Source: Sphyrna mokarran
Lineage: Eukaryota
Reading direction: 5' to 3'
Length of the DNA: 64,000 nucleotides
Assembly: GCA_024679065.1 (NCBI GenBank)
Contig: JAGIQG010000001.1
Location: 153,698,001 to 153,762,000, forward strand
Shown: piece after piece, positions 26,430 through 37,174 of the stretch
Layout of the letters: each line of letters begins with the position of its first letter
Position numbering within the stretch: the stretch's first letter is position 1
Notes under the pieces: model-generated
The model's database searches: none
Told to the model about the DNA's origin: nothing
What the model saw: the letters and a program-made list of their open reading frames with translations, nothing else
Position numbers and translations under genes: made by a program

Positions 26430-26900
26430 TCTGAGAAAAGAATAAAATTTAAATTAAAAAAAAAATACACACCCTATAAATACATTGTAAAGAAAAGGAT
26501 AGAACAGTCAGAGGGAATAGCAATTAAAAAACACACACACCCTAATTATAGAAAAAAGGGTAGAAAACAATGTGAAGGAATAAAATTTAAATTAAAAACA
26601 CACATACCCCCCATTAATGAAAAAAAAATGGAATACACTGTCTAAGGGAATAAAATTTAAAAATACACACCCCATTAATAAATTGTAAAAAGGCTTGAAC
26701 AGTCTGAGGGAATAGGAATTAAAACACACATACACACCCATTAACAAAAAGGATGGAATAGTCAGTCTAAGAGAATAACATTTAAAAAAAAACACACACC
26801 CCATTAAATGAAGAAAAAGGATGGAATAGTCAGTCTGAAGGAACAACATTTAAAAAACACACGCCCCATTAATAAAAAGGTGGAACAGATAGTCTGAGGG
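26430..26900. repeat. Degenerate A-rich tandem repeat, 60-69-bp unit, about 7-8 copies
   Basis: Recurring CAGTCTGAGGGAATA..TTAAAA..CACAC..CCCATTAA..AAAAAGG..GAA at about 26504, 26568, 26637, 26700, 26763, 26831, 26890. Confidence 0.85.
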
Positions 26901-27221
26901 CCAAAACTTCCTTTTTAAAGCTAGCCATGGTTTGTATTGAATCTAGACAAATAAACACACAGACAGCAGGCTGTTTAAATGCTCAGTCAGTTTCCAGCTC
27001 TCTCTCTCTCTATGGAGAGCTTGTGATATTATCCCAGGAGTTTATATTTAATCCAGTTTTCCCTCCTGGTCTGCAGGCTGTCTAAAGGCCTAACCTTCTC
27101 CACAGCCACCAGCAATTTCCTAAACAGCCTCTTCCTCGGCAAAAGGGAGGAGGGAGGGAGGGAGCTTCTTGTAGGAAGGGAGGGAAAAAAAACCCTTAAA
27201 GCGACCAGAGCCGACACTTAC

Positions 27222-27360
27222 CTTATCCACACCGAGCAGCTGGTATTTATTGCCGGATGGCAGTCCTGAATCAAAGAGGATTTAAAGAGAGAGGGTGGGG
27301 AGGGGAAGAAACGCGGCGCCCAGTCACTTCAGCCTGCAAGGAGCAAGATGGCCACCAGAG
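27222..27360 (-). promoter_or_regulatory. SCOC: Candidate alternative promoter and non-coding first exon of SCOC
   Basis: Consensus donor AAG/GTAAGT at 27222/27221. Local CpG enrichment (ACGCGGCGCC at 27311) and YY1-like CAAGATGGC at 27344-27352, in non-repeat DNA. Confidence 0.55.
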
Positions 27361-28324
27361 GGAGAGTGAGACAGGAAGGCAGAGACAGGTCAACCCAACT
27401 GAGGCAGTCTGCCTCATATACCAAATAATCACCTCAAAATCAAACATAATAAGCTCCTTACAAACCTTTCTCTACACAGGTTTACCCCCCAAAACACCTC
27501 ACATTCATTTTTCATTAACTTGAAAAACACATGTTCAAAATAAGCTCACAAACCATCAAAATCATCAATTAAAACACATCTGGACATGTTCAGAACTACA
27601 TCAAAATCCTGAGTCTCCAAATTAAAACATTTCAAAATCTTGATTTTTTTCTAAATTAAATACATTTGGCCAAGTTCACAGATGCATCAATTTTTTTTCA
27701 TTGATTTACATATTGCATTCTACCTTCTTAACGTTCGTTTCCAAAGTCAACTCAAAAGTCACAAAGCAGAAGAGAAACACAAACGCATACTGTTTGTAAC
27801 TGCTGTATAACACCCCAAATCCACTCCTTCTGAACCCCAAAAAAGTTATTTTTCCCCCCAACAGCAATCTTTGCAGTCAGCCACATGAATATGATGGAAA
27901 CAGGAATAAAAGATGAACTAGTTGACACAAGCCAAAAGGTTGACATGAGCATTGCTGAGTTGCAGCTCTCGTGAGTTCACACATACCTGTGGACAGGTAT
28001 AAACACAGTCTGATCATCAGGCAGAGTGATTCACTTAAATGTACTGAAAGTATTGTCACCGAAACAGATTAAGACCAAAATTTTTTTTTTTAAAAAAAAC
28101 TGTTCCTTACATGCACAATCATATTTTCGATACTGTCCCACCTGATTCTTAGAAATAAGATTTCTTGCACCAAACGAGCAGACATAATGATCCAAGGGCA
28201 TTAAAAACAAAACAACCAGACACCTTGATCATTAATTTAAAATCCATTTGTCGAAGCAGCAGAAAGAAATTTCAACAACCTCTGCATTCCCCCTCCCCCT
28301 GCATGTTAATCATTAACTTTTTAC

Positions 28325-28391
28325 CTAAATCATCAGCTAGAGAAATGGTCGTGAATGTGCCGTCTTCTTCTGTACTCTCATTTTGATCCAT
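28325..28391 (-). CDS. SCOC: SCOC first coding exon (MDQNESTEEDGTFTTISLADDL), LIR-containing N-terminus
   Basis: Homologous to the recalled human SCOC N-terminus MDGSRKEEEEDSTFTNISLADDI. ATG context AGTATGG; donor AG/GTAAAA in phase 1, joining in frame to 21528. Confidence 0.92.
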
Positions 28392-29134
28392 ACTCTTCTA
28401 AGCTGGAGCGAACAATGTCCTAATTACTAAAGTGGAGCCTCAGAAATTACTTATTTAAAATGTGCCGGTCTTATTACATCTGAATGGGTGCCCCAGAACG
28501 GAGTAATTGAAATTTGACCTTCTACCTTAACTTGATACCTGATCTACTGCACACAGGGTTGAGCTCTTCCGGAAATTGTTTAAGGATAAAGAATAAATTT
28601 AATGACTCAGAAAATCTCAACTAAGCAAAACAAAACTGTACTTTCGGTATCCTCCCTTAGTTTCTCCTGCCTTCAGTTGGACGGTAAATTAATACTGGCA
28701 TTTATAATTTGATGACAAGGTTTCATTTTCTGCTATTTTCTTCAAAAAATTATCTTTTGCTAAGTTAAAACTAGGACATATGCCAGCATAAACATGAAAT
28801 ATTTGGTCATTTATGCAGAAATGATCACTTGGAAAAAGTCTGTTCATCTTTTATACCATCATTCAGGTGTCTATTCAGTTCCCACACCCTTTAAGCAACC
28901 AGATTCTACCTAAACAATGCACATATTACATTATAATATTCATTCTTTAAAAGCTACATTTGATGATTTAATTACATACTAACGTTAAAAAAGATCAGCA
29001 TTTTGAAATAAAGGCAATTATTTCTGCTGTTACATTTTCAAAGCCGGTGTCTGTTTAAAGGCCATCATTTACAATAACCAAGTTACATGCTGTTTTTATT
29101 ATATGAGATTTGTAATTTTCTTACTGGTGTTTTG

Positions 29135-29432
29135 CAGAAATCCCTACAATGGAGAAGGAGGTAATTTAGCCCATCAAGCCTGCACCAACAACAATTCCAC
29201 ACAGGCCCTATCCCATATATTTATCCTGCTATTCCCCCTGTTTCTAATAGTCAATTTAACATGGTCAATCAACCTAACCCACACAGCGTTGGACTATGGA
29301 AGGAATCCAGAGCACCTTCAGGAAACCATGCAGACACAAAAAGAATACGCAAACTCTACACAGACGGTCGCTCAAACTGGAATCGAATCCAAGACCCAGG
29401 CACTGTGAGGCAGCAGTGCTAATCACTGTGCC
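29135..29432 (-). mobile_element. HE1-type V-SINE
   Basis: Reverse GGCACAGTGATTAGCACTGCTGCCTCACAG head, V domain and GTAGGGATTTCT tail. Confidence 0.85.
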
Positions 29433-29617
29433 ATATATTGCTGATAATCCCACAATTTAATTCATATTTTCCCATTAAAAGACTTCTCAGGTCAACAGCT
29501 ACACTTATTAGATATGTTCTGTCATCAGACTATTCTGCCAGCTGGAATATTATTACTAATTATTTTCTTAATGATTTTTCTGTACATTTATTGTTCTACT
29601 TGAGTCTAACACTCATA

Positions 29618-30175
29618 AGAATTAACCTATGTACATGTTAAATGCCAGGGGAATTAGCCTATGTACATGTTAAAATGCAACAGGAATTTGCCCATCTATA
29701 TGTTAAAATGCAAGAAGAATTTGCCCATGCACATGTTAAAATGCAAGGGGAATTAGTCCACATACATATTAAAATGCAAGGGGAATTAGCCCACGTACAT
29801 GTTAAAACGCAAGATGAATTAGCCCATGTACATGTTAAAGTGCAAGGGGAATTAGCCCATGTACATGTTAAAATGCAAGGGGAATTAGCTCACATACATG
29901 TTAAAATGCAAAGAAATTAGCCCTCATACATGTTAAAATGCAAGGGGAATTAGCCCATGTACATGTTAAAATGCAAGGGGAATTAGCTCACATACATGTT
30001 AAAATGCAAAGAAATTAGCCCTCATACATGTTAAAATGCAAGGGGAATTAGCCCATGTACATATTAAAATGCAAGGGGAATTAGCCCGCGTATATGTTAA
30101 AATGTAATGGGAATTAGCCCACGTACATGTTAAAATGCAAGGGGAATTAGCCCATGTACATGTTAAATTGCAAGG
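29618..30175. repeat. Minisatellite, 33-bp unit GAATTAGCCCATGTACATGTTAAAATGCAAGGG, about 17 copies
   Basis: Direct periodicity; 11-aa repeat ELAHVHVKMQG in ORF 29642-29920. Confidence 0.96.
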
Positions 30176-30192
30176 ACAATAAAAACAGAAAC

Positions 30193-32886
30193 CAGGTTGT
30201 TGACGTCGAGGTAGGAGAGCAGGTGTCAAATAGTGATCACAACTCTGTCTGCTTTAGGATATTAATGGAAAAGGACGAGACCGGCCCAAAAGGGAGGGTA
30301 TTTAACTGGGGGAGGGCTAGATATGGCCAGATTAGGCAAGATCTTAAAGATACCGACTGGGATAAGCTTTTTGAGGGCAGGTCGACGAGGTACATGTGGG
30401 ATTCTTTCAAGGGAAAACTAAACTCTCTGCAGGAAAGATACGTGCCGGCAAGGAGGAAGGATGGGAAAGGTAGGATTAGAGAACCTTGGCTTACCAGGGA
30501 GATTGAGAACTTGATCAAGGAAAAGCGAGAGGCTTACATTTGATCTAGGCAACTAGGGACTGAGACAGCGCTGGAAGCTTATAGAGAGTGTAGACGGGAT
30601 CTTAAAAGGGGTATTAGAAAGGCAAAAAGGGGCCACGAGGTGGCTCTGGCAGGTAGGATTAAGGAAACTCCAAAGGCATTTTACACCTATGTAAGGAGCA
30701 AAAGGATGGTTAGAGGCAAGATTGGACCTCTTAGGGACAGAGGAGGGGGATCTATGCTTAGAGCCTGAGGGAATGGGGGAGATCCTGAATGAATACTTTG
30801 CGTCGGTATTCACGCAGGAGACTGGACAGATGTCTGTGCCTGATGTTGACAAAGTTGAGGATCGGTTGAGGAAAATAAGGATTACGAGGAAAGAGGTGTT
30901 GGGGCTGTTAGGCAGCTTAAAGACATATAAAGCTCCGGGGCCTGATGGCATTTACCCAGGCTGCTAAGGGAGTTGAGGGAAGACTTGGCTGGGCCTCTGA
31001 CGCAAATCTTTGTCTCTTCCCTGGACACAGGTGAGGGCCCAGAGGACTGGAGGATAGCAAACGTAGTACCGTTGTTTAAAAAAGGTCAGAGGGATCACCC
31101 AGGGAACTATAGGCCGGTGAGCTTGACTTCAGTTATAGGTAAGCTAATGGAGAGGATCCTTAGAGACAGGATGTATGAGCATCTGGAGCGCTGCGATCTG
31201 ATCAGGGATACGCAGCATGGCTTCGTCAAGGGGAAGTCTTGTCTTACGAATCTAGTGGAATTTTTTGAAGAAGTGACAAAAACAGTTGATGAAGACAGGC
31301 TGTTGATGTCGTCTACATGGATTTCAGTAAGGTGTTTGACAAGGTTCCTCATGGTAGACTGATAGAGAAGGTGAAGGCACATGGGATACAGGGTCGGGTA
31401 TGTAGATGGGTCGAAAACTGGCTCGGAAGGAGGAGACAGAGGGTAGTAGTGGAAGGCTCTTTTTTCCGGCTGGAAGCCTGTCACTAGTGGAGTGCCACAA
31501 GGCTCAGTACTAGGTCCTCTTCTATTTGTGGTCTACATAAACGACTTGGAAGTAGGGGTAGGTGGTGAGATCAGCAAATTTGCTGATGACACCAAGATGC
31601 TTGGATTGGCGGGTACAGAAGAGCAGTGTCAGGCAATACAACAGGACATAGACAGGTTGGTAGATTGGGCAGATAGATGGCAAATGGAATTTAATCCGGA
31701 TAAATGCGAGGTGATGCATTTTGGCCGGAAAAATGTAGAAGAGAGTTATAGGATAAAAGGTAAAACTATACGGAGCATCGAGACGCAGAGAGACTTGGAG
31801 GTGCAGGTTCACAAGTCTCTGAAGGTGTCCTCACAGGTGGAGAAGGTGATAAAGAAGGCGTATATTATGTTAGCTTTCATAGAAAAGGGTATAGAATACA
31901 AGAGTAGGAGTTTGATGTTGCAGTTGTATAGAACGTTGGTTAGGCCTCACTTGGAATACTGCGTCCAGTTCTGGTCGCCGTACTATCGGAAGGATGTGGA
32001 GTCCTTGGAGAGAGTGCAGAGGAGGTTTACCAGGATGCTGCCTGGTATGGAAGGACTGTCCTATGAGGAACGATTAGATAGACTGGGGTTGTTTTCCCTT
32101 GAAAGACGTCGGCTTAGAGGGGATCTCATAGAGGTGTATAAGATTATAAGGGGTATAGATAGAGTAAATGGAGGTAAACTTTTTCCACCTTTAGAAATGG
32201 ATAGGACGAGAGGTCATGGCCATAGGGTGAGGGGGGCTATGTATAGGACGAATATTAGAGGGCAGTTTTTCACACAAAGGGTAGTGGGGGTGTGGAATGC
32301 ACTGCCGAGTAAGGTGGTGGGAGCAGGCACGCTGGGGCTGTTTAAGGGTCTCTTGGACAGCCACATGAGCGGTATGCAGATAGAGGGATATATTAGGACT
32401 GTTTAACTACGGCTTTTTTCCACAGGTAATTCGGTCCATACTTGACCAACATTGAGCATGCATTCGGCAGGTGGTGCGGGTACGGCTCTTGGATGTTGAT
32501 TCATGGGTTGCCTGGTACCTCATGTCGTAAATGAGTGCTTTATGTGGACCATCTGAAGGGCACCATGACAGCTCAGAGACTATCGATGTGGCTGTGCAGA
32601 CACTTGGAATTGGGCCGGTGTCTGCGGGAGTTTGCGCGTTCTCCCCGTGGTAGCGTGGGTTTTCTCCGGGCACTCCGGTTTCCTCCCACAACCCAAAAAT
32701 TCGCTCTTAGGCTGATTGGGAAACAAATTGTCCTATGGTGAGAATTTTCCATATTAGGAATAATATATATATTATTATATAGGAATATTAAAATAGGATA
32801 ATGGATTTGCTACTATATAGTATGACGGCGGCGCGGGCTCGTTGGGCCGAAGGGCCTGTTTCCCGTGCTGTGTTGCTTAAAAAAAA
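30193..32886 (+). mobile_element. 5'-truncated young CR1 LINE (end of APE, RT, long 3' UTR containing a V domain, A-tail)
   Basis: SDHN, KAPGPDGI, YRPVSLTS, QHGF, PQGSVLGP, KFADDTK, RPHLEYC, WNALP; ORF2 stop at 32406. Terminal GGGCCGAAGGGCCTGT motif; candidate TSD AGAAAC at 30187-30192 and 32887-32892. Confidence 0.95.
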
Positions 32887-33459
32887 AGAAACAACATTTT
32901 AGATTTGAAAACGGTCAATTATTGAGATTTAAAAAAATGTTAACATGAGATAAGCACTCCTAACGGAGCCTTCTGGAATTACTTTTTCCAACCACTTAGG
33001 GACATGCTGTGGATTTATTTTTCACCCTTAGGGGGCAGAAGTAGCAAGTCACCCACAAAATGACAGCTGAAGATGACATGGCACTGAGTATGTGAGTACT
33101 CCAGGTAGGTTGAAGATCACTTTTGAAGAAAGTAAGCCACTTAATCTTTGGAATAATCTCCTGTTCAGCTATGATATCAGGGTGAGGCAGATGAGAGCGA
33201 GTTCTTTGTTTCCTTCAATGTTCAGCAGTGACTGCAACTGAATTTAAAGTCATTAAATAATTCTGGCATACTCCCATACCTCTACTTCAGAACCCAAATA
33301 GGATGAGCCAGAAAAGAGCTGCACAGGTTAGCTGAAAATGGGCAGAATATTTTTTTAATTTCAAATTGTATTTCTAGGGAATTTAATCAACCCTTATGCC
33401 CATAAGATACTAATAAAAATGTTGTTTGATGTATTCCTCTTATTTTGCTTTGCTTTTAA

Positions 33460-33690
33460 TGTCATAGGATCATAGAATGGTACAGCACAGAAGGAGACCA
33501 TTCGGCCCATTGTATTGTGCCTGTTCTTCAATCGAGCTACCCATCTGATCATACTGCTCCCCTGCTCTTTCTCCATAGTCCTGTAAATCTTTCCCTTCAA
33601 GTATTTATCCAATCCATTTTGAATGTTGTTGTTGAATTGACTTCAACTTTCAGCAGTGGTTTCCAGACTGCAACAATTCAACATGTGAAG
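33460..33690 (-). mobile_element. Old CR1 3' end, first piece of a host element split by later insertions
   Basis: CATAGAATGGTACAGCACAGAAGGAGACCATTCGGCCC terminus; the sequence resumes at about 36700, 37050 and 40600. Confidence 0.75.
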
Positions 33691-33691
33691 A

Positions 33692-36600
33692 CATAGAACA
33701 TAGAACATAGAACACTATAGCACAAACAGGCCCTTCGGCCCACAAGTTGTGCCGAACACATCAAAAACCTACCCAGCCATAGACCTATCTATAACCCCCA
33801 ATCCCATTGGATCCCATATACTCATCCAGAAGTCTTTTAAAAGACCCCAGCGAGTTCGCCTCGACCACCACCGATGGCAGCCGATTCCATTCACTCACCA
33901 CCCTCTGAGGGAAAACCTTCCCCTAGCATCTCCTCTGTACTTGCTTCTCTGCACCTTAAATCTGTGCCCTCTTGTTGCGACCATTTCAGCCCTGGGAAAT
34001 AGTCTCCGAGAGTCCACCCTATCTATTCCTCTCAACATCTTGTAAACCTCTATCAGGTCGCCTCTCAACCTTCGTCTCTCCAGGGAGAACAGTCCCAGCT
34101 CCCTCAACCTGTCTTCATAAGGCATGCCTCCCAATCCAGGCAACATCCTTGTAAATCTCCTCTGCACCCTTTCAATAGCTTCCACGTCCTTCCTATAGTG
34201 AGGCGACCAGAACTGCGCACAGTACTCCAAGTGTGGTCTGACAAGGGTCCTATAAAGCTGCAGCATTACTTCCTGACTCCTGAACTCAATCCCTCGATGA
34301 ATGAAGGCCAGTACACCGTAAGCTTTCTTAACCACATCCTCCACCTGGGAGGCCGATTTGAGAGTCTTATGGACCCGGACCCCAAGATCCCTCTGCTCTT
34401 CCACACAGCTAAGACTCCTACCTTTGATAGTGTACTCATTCATCCCATTGGATCTGCCAAAATGGACCACAACACATTTATCCGCGTTGAAGTCCATCTG
34501 CCACTTCTCCGCCCAGTCTTGCATCCTGTCGATGTCATGCTGCAACTTCTGACATCCCTCCAGACCATCCACAACACCACCGACCTTCGTGTCATCGGCG
34601 AACTTACTCACCCATCCCTCCACTTCCTCATCCAGGTCATTTATGAAAATGACAAACAGCAAGGGTCCTAGAACAGATCCCTGGGGCACTCCACTGGTGA
34701 CCGACCTCCATGCAGAAAAAGAGCCATCCACAACCACCCTCTGCCTTCTGCAGGCAAGCCAGTTCTGGATCCACAAGGCCAAAGCCCCTTGGATCCCATG
34801 GCCTCTCACCTTCTCAAGAAGTCTTGCATGGGGGACCTTGTCAAATGCCTTGCTGAAGTCCATGTACACCACGTCCACTGCTCTTCCTTCGTCAATGTGT
34901 TCAGTCACATTTTCGAAGAACTCAATTAAGCTCGTAAGGCACGACCTGCCTTTTACAAAACCATGCTGACTATTTCTAATCAACCTAAACTTCTCCAAAT
35001 GCTTGTAAATCTTGTCCCTCAGAAGCCTCTCCATCAGCTTACCAACCACCGAGGTCAGACTCACCGGTCGGTAATTTCCAGGACTATCCCTGTTCCCTTT
35101 CTTGAAAATAGGGACCACATCCGCAATCCTCCAATCCTCCGGAACCTCTCCCGTCTCCATCGACGACGCAAAGATCATCGCCAGGGGCTCTGCAATGACA
35201 TCCCTCACCTCCCACAATAACCTGGGGTACATCCCATCTGGTCCCGGAGACTTGTCTATCTTGATAGCATTTAAAAGTTCTAACACATCCGCTTCCTTAA
35301 TATCTACACACTCAATCTTTTCAGTCTGCCGCAAACTTGTAGTGCATCCTCCCAGATCACTTTCCACCGTGAATACTGAGGCAAAGTACTCATTAAGCAC
35401 CTCTGCCATTTCTTCCGGTTCCATACAGACTTTTCCCCCTTCACCTTTTATAGGTCCTATCCCTTCTCTTCTCATCCTTTTACTTTTCACATATTTGTAG
35501 AAGGCCTTGGGATTCTCCTTAATCCTACCAGCCAAGGCCTTCTCATGACCCTTCTGGCTCTCCTAATTTCCTTTTTAAGCTCTCTTCTATAAGCCTTATA
35601 CTTCTCTAGATCCCCAACATCTCCTAGCTCTTTGAACCTTTTATACACCTTTCTTTTCTTCCTGACTATGTTCACCACAGCCTTCGTGCACCACGGTTCC
35701 CGCGTCCTACCAAAACCTCCTTGTCTCACCGGAACGTTGTCGTGCAAAGCTCCAGACAAGCATTCCTTGACTATCTGCCACCTTCCTTCTGTGCTTTTCC
35801 CCAAGAACACCTCCTTCCAGTTTATTCGCCCCCACATCTGCCTGATGTCTTCATATTTCCCCTTATTCCAGACAAACACCTTCCTAGCCTGCCTGATCCT
35901 ATCCTTTTCCAATGCAAGGATGAAGGAGATAGAATTATGATCTCCATCCCCAAGATGCTCTCCTACCAAGAGATCATCACCTGTCCTGGTTCATTAGCTA
36001 GTACCAGGTCCAGTACAGCCTCTCCTCTCGTAGGCTTGTCCACGTGCTGTGTCAGGAACCCCTCCTGAACACACCTAACAACCTCCTCCCCATCCAAACC
36101 CCTTACCCTTGGGATATTCCAGTCGATGTTTGGGAAATTGAAGTCTCCCATCACAACAACTCTATTATTTCTACATCTCTCCAGTATCGGTTTCCCTATC
36201 TGCACCTCAACTTCCCTGTCACTATTGGGCGGCCTATAGAATACACCCAGCAACGTCACCGACCCTTTGCTATTCCTAACGTCCACCCACAGAGACTCCA
36301 TAGACATTCCCTCCTCGGTATCCACCTTCTCTGCAGCCATGACACTGTCCCTGATCAACAGTGCCACTCCACCACCTCTTTTGCCTCCCTCCCTGTCCTT
36401 CCTGAAGGATCTGAATCCCGGGACCTATAGTACCCAGTCCTGTCCCTGAGACATCCAAGTCTCTGTAATGGCCACCACATCACAATCCCAAGCAGCAATC
36501 CACGCCCTAAGTTCATCCACCTTATTTACTACACTCCTGGCATTAAAATAGACACAGCTCAGTCCCTCAGACTGGACATTTCCCTTCTACCCCACTCGTC

Positions 36601-36700
36601 TAACCTGCCTCTCATCCTGCCTAGAGTCCTTCCCTACCTGGGAGCTAACTTCCTTGCTCCCAGTCTCCACATCACTATTCCCTCCCCCTAACCTTTCCTC
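33692..36700 (-). mobile_element. Young CR1 LINE with near-complete ORF2 (APE plus RT), 5'-truncated
   Basis: YFNARS/ITETW, YRPP, GDFN, GDHN; 546-aa open RT stretch at 35535-33895 with FADD; (TTCTATG)n tail at about 33692-33712. Confidence 0.97.
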
Positions 36701-36756
36701 AACATGTTTCCTCATGTTGCCTCTGCTTCTTTAGTCAGTCACCATAAATCTCTGAT

Positions 36757-37048
36757 ATAGAATCCCTACAGTGCAGAAGGAAGCCATTCAGCCCATCGAG
36801 TCTGCACGAACCAGAATCTCACCCAGGCCTTATCCCCATAGCCCCATGCATTTACCCTAGCTAATTCCCCCGACACTAAGGGGCAATTTAGCATGTCCAA
36901 TCCATCCAACCTTCATATCTTTGTGACTGAGGGAGGAAACCAGAGCACCCAGAGGTATAGACACGGGGAAAATATAAAATTCTACACAGGCAGTGACCCG
37001 AGCTGCGAATCAAAGCCAGGTCTCTGGTGTTAACCACTGTGCCACCGT
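36757..37048 (-). mobile_element. HE1-type V-SINE
   Basis: Reverse CGGTGGCACAGTGGTTAACAC head, V domain and GCACTGTAGGGATTCTA tail. Confidence 0.85.
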
Positions 37049-37174
37049 ACCATCCTCTGGTTATCGACCCTTCTGCCACAGGAAATAGTACTTCCTTACT
37101 TAACACCATTTATGATTTTAAACATTCTAACAAATCTACACTTAATTTTTGCTGCTCTAAGGACAACAACCCAG

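Noticed and set aside
29642-29920. His-rich 11-aa repeat protein (ELAHVHVKMQG)
   Set aside because: Translation of a minisatellite; frame broken by 32-bp units; no gene structure.
33895-35535. 546-aa ORF as a host gene or active autonomous element
   Set aside because: It is the CR1 RT domain; the element lacks ORF1 and the 5' UTR and has disablements.
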